The notes beneath the pieces were generated by a model that searched no databases, had not been told where the DNA came from, and worked only from the letters and a program-made list of their open reading frames with translations. This document shows positions 38,958 through 42,239 of a DNA stretch of 42,239 nt, piece after piece (position 1 is the stretch's first letter; each line of letters opens with the position of its first letter). The stretch is from a virus, in the IMG/VR virus record IMGVR_UViG_3300017698_000025, positions 1-42,239 of that record; one strand, given 5' to 3'. The translations under genes and the position numbers were made by a program.

Positions 38958-41644
38958 TGGCGGGTTTGCTAGACAAACTCGAACAGGAGAAGGCGCGACG
39001 GGCGAGCGACGGGTCCCTTTCGGCTCGTCTCCAGCAGGAGCGCGGGCGCCGTTCTGAATCGAAGGTGCCGGGCGGCGTGCAACAGCTGAACGCTGGTATC
39101 GCCTCCACGCTCGGAGCGCCGGTAGATCTGCTGAACGCCGGGCTTGGCGTAGTCGGTCTCGGCAGCGAGGAGCCGTTCGCAGGCAGCAAGAGCATCCGTC
39201 GCGGGATGGGCAACGTCGGCGTCGCTGTCTCCCCCGAGGGCCGTGAGCCGTCCACGTTCGGTGAGTACGTCGGACGCGGCATGGGCGAGGCTGCCGGTAT
39301 CATGCTACCGACGACTGGCCTCACGGCTGCGGCGAAACTCGGTGGCCCGCTTGCCAAGGGCATCGCCTCTCAGATGTCGGCTCCGTTCGTCAACGCTCCC
39401 GTTCGCGCGCTTGGGTCTGAACTGGCGTCGGGCGCCGGCGCCGGTATCGGGCGGCAGGTGGCGGAGAACGCCGACCCTGGGAACCCGATGGCCCGCATGG
39501 GCGGCGAGTTGGTCGGCAGCATCGCAGGTGCGCTTGGGCCTCAGACACTTGCGAAGAGCGCCGGGATGATCGCTCGCAAGGCGCCGCTGACTGGCGCTGT
39601 CGTCCGGCACGTCGAGAACGGCGCCATCCCGTTCATGAAGCGCGGTGCCTCCGGCCGCGCCGCCCGTCGTATGCAGTCGCTCTCCGGTGATCCTGCCGGC
39701 GATGCCGCGCGCGTGGGTGCTGACAGCATCAGCGACCTGACCCCGGCGCAGAAGACTGGCAACAAGCGCCTGATGGGTCTGGAGCGCTCGGTGCGCGATA
39801 CGGACGCGGTTCTCGACGACGCGATGACCGAGCAGGGCCAGCGCGCGACAAAGCAGCTGACCGAGGCCATGCGCCAGCCGGCTGGAGACGCGACCGCAGA
39901 TAATGCTCGCGACTTCATCGGGTCTCGTCTGGATCGTCTGACCAGTCAGCTGGACGACCGCGTAGCGAAGGCGACGGACGCGGCTGACAAGCGCATCTCC
40001 ACACTCGCTCCTGAGCGCCGCGCTGCGGAGTCGTCGGTGATCGTTCGCGAGGAACTGGAGGGGGCCCTTAAGGCTGCCCGTCAGGAAGAACGCGCCTTGT
40101 GGGGCGCTGTCCCTCAGGACGCCGAAGTCTCGACGGAGCGGGCTCGTGCGTCGTTCCAGAACCTCATCGACAACACGGCTCGGGCGCAGCGGGACAATAT
40201 CCCTGAGGCTGCAAAGCGGTTCCTCGCGCGCGGCAGCAACGAGGCGTTCGCCGATACGGAACCGGTTCGCGAGGTTCACGGCCTCTATTCCGAGATGCGC
40301 GAGGTATCCCGCGAGGCGCGCGCGGCCGGACGTTACAACAAGGCCCGCATGGCCGACATGGTCGCCGACTCCCTCCTTGAGGATCTGGGCGCGCGTGCCG
40401 ACACTCCGGACGAGATCGGGCAGATCTTCAACGACGCTCGGAAATTCTCCGCAGAGGTCAACAAGAAGTTCCGCCAGGGCAGCGTTGGAAATGTGCTTGG
40501 GTACGAACGCGAGGGCGGCCTGTCCGTGGCACCAGAACTGACGCTCGACGTGACGGCGGGGCGTCCGGGCACGAAGGGTGCCATCGGCGTGGACGAACTT
40601 CGCGCGGCCATCGGTGGCTCTTCGAACGCTGAGGCGGCGACGCAGGATTATATCAAGCGCCGGTTCACGGACTATGCGGCGCCACGTGGCGAGTTCAGCG
40701 CAAGCCGTGCACAGGATTTCGTCCGGAAGAACACGGAACTTCTGGAGCGCTTCCCCGCGTTGCGCAACAATATCTCCAACGCCGAGCAGGCCAAGGCACT
40801 GGCCGACCGTGTTTCCCGCACCGCTGGGTCCCGCGCCACTCGCCTGCGTGACCCGAAGGTGTCTCGTGCAGCGGAGTTCTTGAATGCGCCGGTCGATCAG
40901 GAATTCGCGACGGTACTGCGCTCGAAGAACCCTGCGGCCGCAGCACGCGAACTCAGGCGGCAGGTCTCTAAAGACAAGACGGGGAAGGCTGTTCGCGGTC
41001 TTAAGAGTGCTGCTTTTGATTACATGATGGACAAGGCCGCGACCCGTCAGTTCGACGACGCGGGCCAGTCGATCCTTTCCGGCAACAGCCTGAAGAGTAT
41101 CATGAGCGACCGTCGTGCGAGCGCTGCGCTACGTGAGATCCTGTCAGACGCAGAGATGACGCGAATGCAGCGCATCTCCCGCGAGTTGTCCAGCGTGGAA
41201 GCATCGCAGGGCGGCAACCTGCCGAACGTCGGGTCAGTGATGAACGACACGCCGAGCACGGTGATCCAGACGCTCGCCCGCATGTTCGCGGCGCGCGCTG
41301 GTGCACGGGCTGGGCACGGCATCTCGGGGGCGTCGATCCAGACGGCGAATATCGCCACGAAGAACATGGACAAGCTACTTAAGTTCCTCACGAACGACAG
41401 GGCTGAAGCGATGATCCGTGAGGCGATCACTGGGGACGAGGATCTGTTCCGTATGCTCCTGACGCGCGGCACCGATGCCGAGCAGTTGGACAAGACGGCG
41501 TTTCGGGTTCTCGAATGGCTCCAGGGATACACAGGCGCGCAGATCGGCGGTGGTGAAGATCCGCAGACGATGCCGAAGCCTTCACCGATCCGTGATCGAC
41601 GAGAGGTCCCGGATATCCGGTCTGCGGGGTACCGCGATGCATAG
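38957..41644 (+). CDS. Large internal virion / ejection protein
   Basis: 895 aa, largely helical and Ala/Arg-rich. Last large gene before the tail fibre, as expected for podovirus core proteins. TAATG overlap. Confidence 0.55.
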   Translation: MAGLLDKLEQEKARRASDGSLSARLQQERGRRSESKVPGGVQQLNAGIASTLGAPVDLLNAGLGVVGLGSEEPFAGSKSIRRGMGNVGVAVSPEGREPSTFGEYVGRGMGEAAGIMLPTTGLTAAAKLGGPLAKGIASQMSAPFVNAPVRALGSELASGAGAGIGRQVAENADPGNPMARMGGELVGSIAGALGPQTLAKSAGMIARKAPLTGAVVRHVENGAIPFMKRGASGRAARRMQSLSGDPAGDAARVGADSISDLTPAQKTGNKRLMGLERSVRDTDAVLDDAMTEQGQRATKQLTEAMRQPAGDATADNARDFIGSRLDRLTSQLDDRVAKATDAADKRISTLAPERRAAESSVIVREELEGALKAARQEERALWGAVPQDAEVSTERARASFQNLIDNTARAQRDNIPEAAKRFLARGSNEAFADTEPVREVHGLYSEMREVSREARAAGRYNKARMADMVADSLLEDLGARADTPDEIGQIFNDARKFSAEVNKKFRQGSVGNVLGYEREGGLSVAPELTLDVTAGRPGTKGAIGVDELRAAIGGSSNAEAATQDYIKRRFTDYAAPRGEFSASRAQDFVRKNTELLERFPALRNNISNAEQAKALADRVSRTAGSRATRLRDPKVSRAAEFLNAPVDQEFATVLRSKNPAAAARELRRQVSKDKTGKAVRGLKSAAFDYMMDKAATRQFDDAGQSILSGNSLKSIMSDRRASAALREILSDAEMTRMQRISRELSSVEASQGGNLPNVGSVMNDTPSTVIQTLARMFAARAGARAGHGISGASIQTANIATKNMDKLLKFLTNDRAEAMIREAITGDEDLFRMLLTRGTDAEQLDKTAFRVLEWLQGYTGAQIGGGEDPQTMPKPSPIRDRREVPDIRSAGYRDA

Positions 41645-41655
41645 AGGTCACGCTA

Positions 41656-42239
41656 ATGCCACGTAACGGATCGGGCGTTTTCACGGTCATCAACAGCTTC
41701 ACGCCGAGCACGGTGATCGCGTCGTCCCAGATGAACGCGAACTTCACGGACGTGGCCACGGCGCTCACGCAGTCCGTAGCGACGACTGGCGTGTCGGCCA
41801 TGGCAGCGAACCTTCCGATGGGGAACAACCGCATCACGGGGCTCGCGCAGGGCACCGCAGGCGCCGACGCGGTCAATAAGAACCAGCTTGACGTTCTGAT
41901 GGGTGGCCTGACCACGGCTGGCTCCGCAGGCACGTATACGTTGACCAGCGGAACATCGATTACGACGCTGGCGGATGGGCTCATGGTGGTCGTGCGCATC
42001 AACGCGACGAACGCCGGGGCGTCCACACTGAACGTCGACGGGCTCGGCGCGAAGGCCATCCGGTATCAGTACAGCGCTGGTGACAACGCCGTTTATGCTG
42101 GCGCCCTGTCTGAGGACGCGCTGTTCACGATGGTCTACAGCGAGTCCGCGAACTCGGCCGCTGGAGCGTGGATCGTGCTGAACCCGGCGACGGTGCGGGG
42201 GACGTGGACGCCGATTACTGTCGGGACTACCACGACGTA
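41656..42239 (+). CDS. Tail fibre protein, N-terminal part (continues at 100..424 after the circular junction)
   Basis: GAGG RBS then ATG at 41656. MPRNGSGVFTVINSFTPSTVIASSQMNANFTDVATALTQS...NRITGLAQGTAGADAVNKNQLD is the typical conserved N-terminus of phage tail fibres. The ORF runs off the window end in frame. Confidence 0.8.
   Translation, partial: MPRNGSGVFTVINSFTPSTVIASSQMNANFTDVATALTQSVATTGVSAMAANLPMGNNRITGLAQGTAGADAVNKNQLDVLMGGLTTAGSAGTYTLTSGTSITTLADGLMVVVRINATNAGASTLNVDGLGAKAIRYQYSAGDNAVYAGALSEDALFTMVYSESANSAAGAWIVLNPATVRGTWTPITVGTTTT
42141..42239. repeat. 99-bp terminal direct repeat, copy 2 (identical to 1..99)
   Basis: Exact match to bases 1-99. Confidence 0.97.

Noticed and set aside
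1-42239. CRISPR arrays, rRNA or tRNA genes, and transposon or IS terminal inverted repeats.
   Set aside because: I saw no regularly spaced 25-40-nt repeats, no rRNA-like or cloverleaf sequences and no transposase. The only mobile-element candidate is the free-standing HNH-AP2 endonuclease.

Overview
The window is one complete tailed-phage genome. The first 99 nt are identical to the last 99 nt, so the unique length is about 42,140 bp and the contig closes as a circle. The tail-fibre gene reads in frame across that junction. GC content is high, and almost all genes are joined by ATGA, TGATG or TAATG start/stop overlaps.

Modules in window order:
- End of the late operon: tail-fibre C-terminus, a beta-helix tailspike, and a lysis cassette (GH24 endolysin, 2-TM holin, overlapped i-/o-spanins, one extra membrane protein), 1-3588, + strand.
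- Leftward recombination operon with a YqaJ-type exonuclease and RecT, 3599-5973, - strand.
- Divergent promoter region, 5994-6066.
- Rightward regulation and replication operon, 6095-12054: Cro-like HTH, two standalone OmpR-type winged-helix proteins, an SF2 helicase, an HNH/VRR-NUC fusion nuclease, and a Toprim primase with P-loop helicase.
- Leftward operon of 18 small ORFs of unknown function plus an HNH-AP2 homing endonuclease, 12073-17657.
- The only large non-coding region, 876 bp and AT-richer, 17658-18532.
- Rightward operon ending in the small terminase, 18533-20291.
- The late operon, 20355 onward: large terminase, a 3.5-kb accessory island, portal, a 1-kb accessory cluster, scaffold, major capsid, tail and ejection proteins, tail fibre.

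I saw no tRNA, rRNA, CRISPR array, integrase, CI-type repressor or phage RNA polymerase.

Strongest leads:
1. A 17-bp palindromic operator (GTCC-N9-GGAC with an AT-rich core) sits on the -10 box of four near-consensus sigma70 promoters. These head four of the five transcription units, including the structural operon.
2. Nine TGGGAC(A/G) iteron-like repeats, with flanking AT-rich tandem 21-mers, lie in the non-coding region. This is a candidate replication origin or regulator-binding array.
3. Several unusual protein arrangements: an endolysin with a C-terminal TM tail, an HNH/VRR-NUC fusion, a GNAT gene inside the tail module, and accessory islands between terminase and portal and between portal and scaffold.

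All functional calls come from reading motifs by eye. No database search was run.
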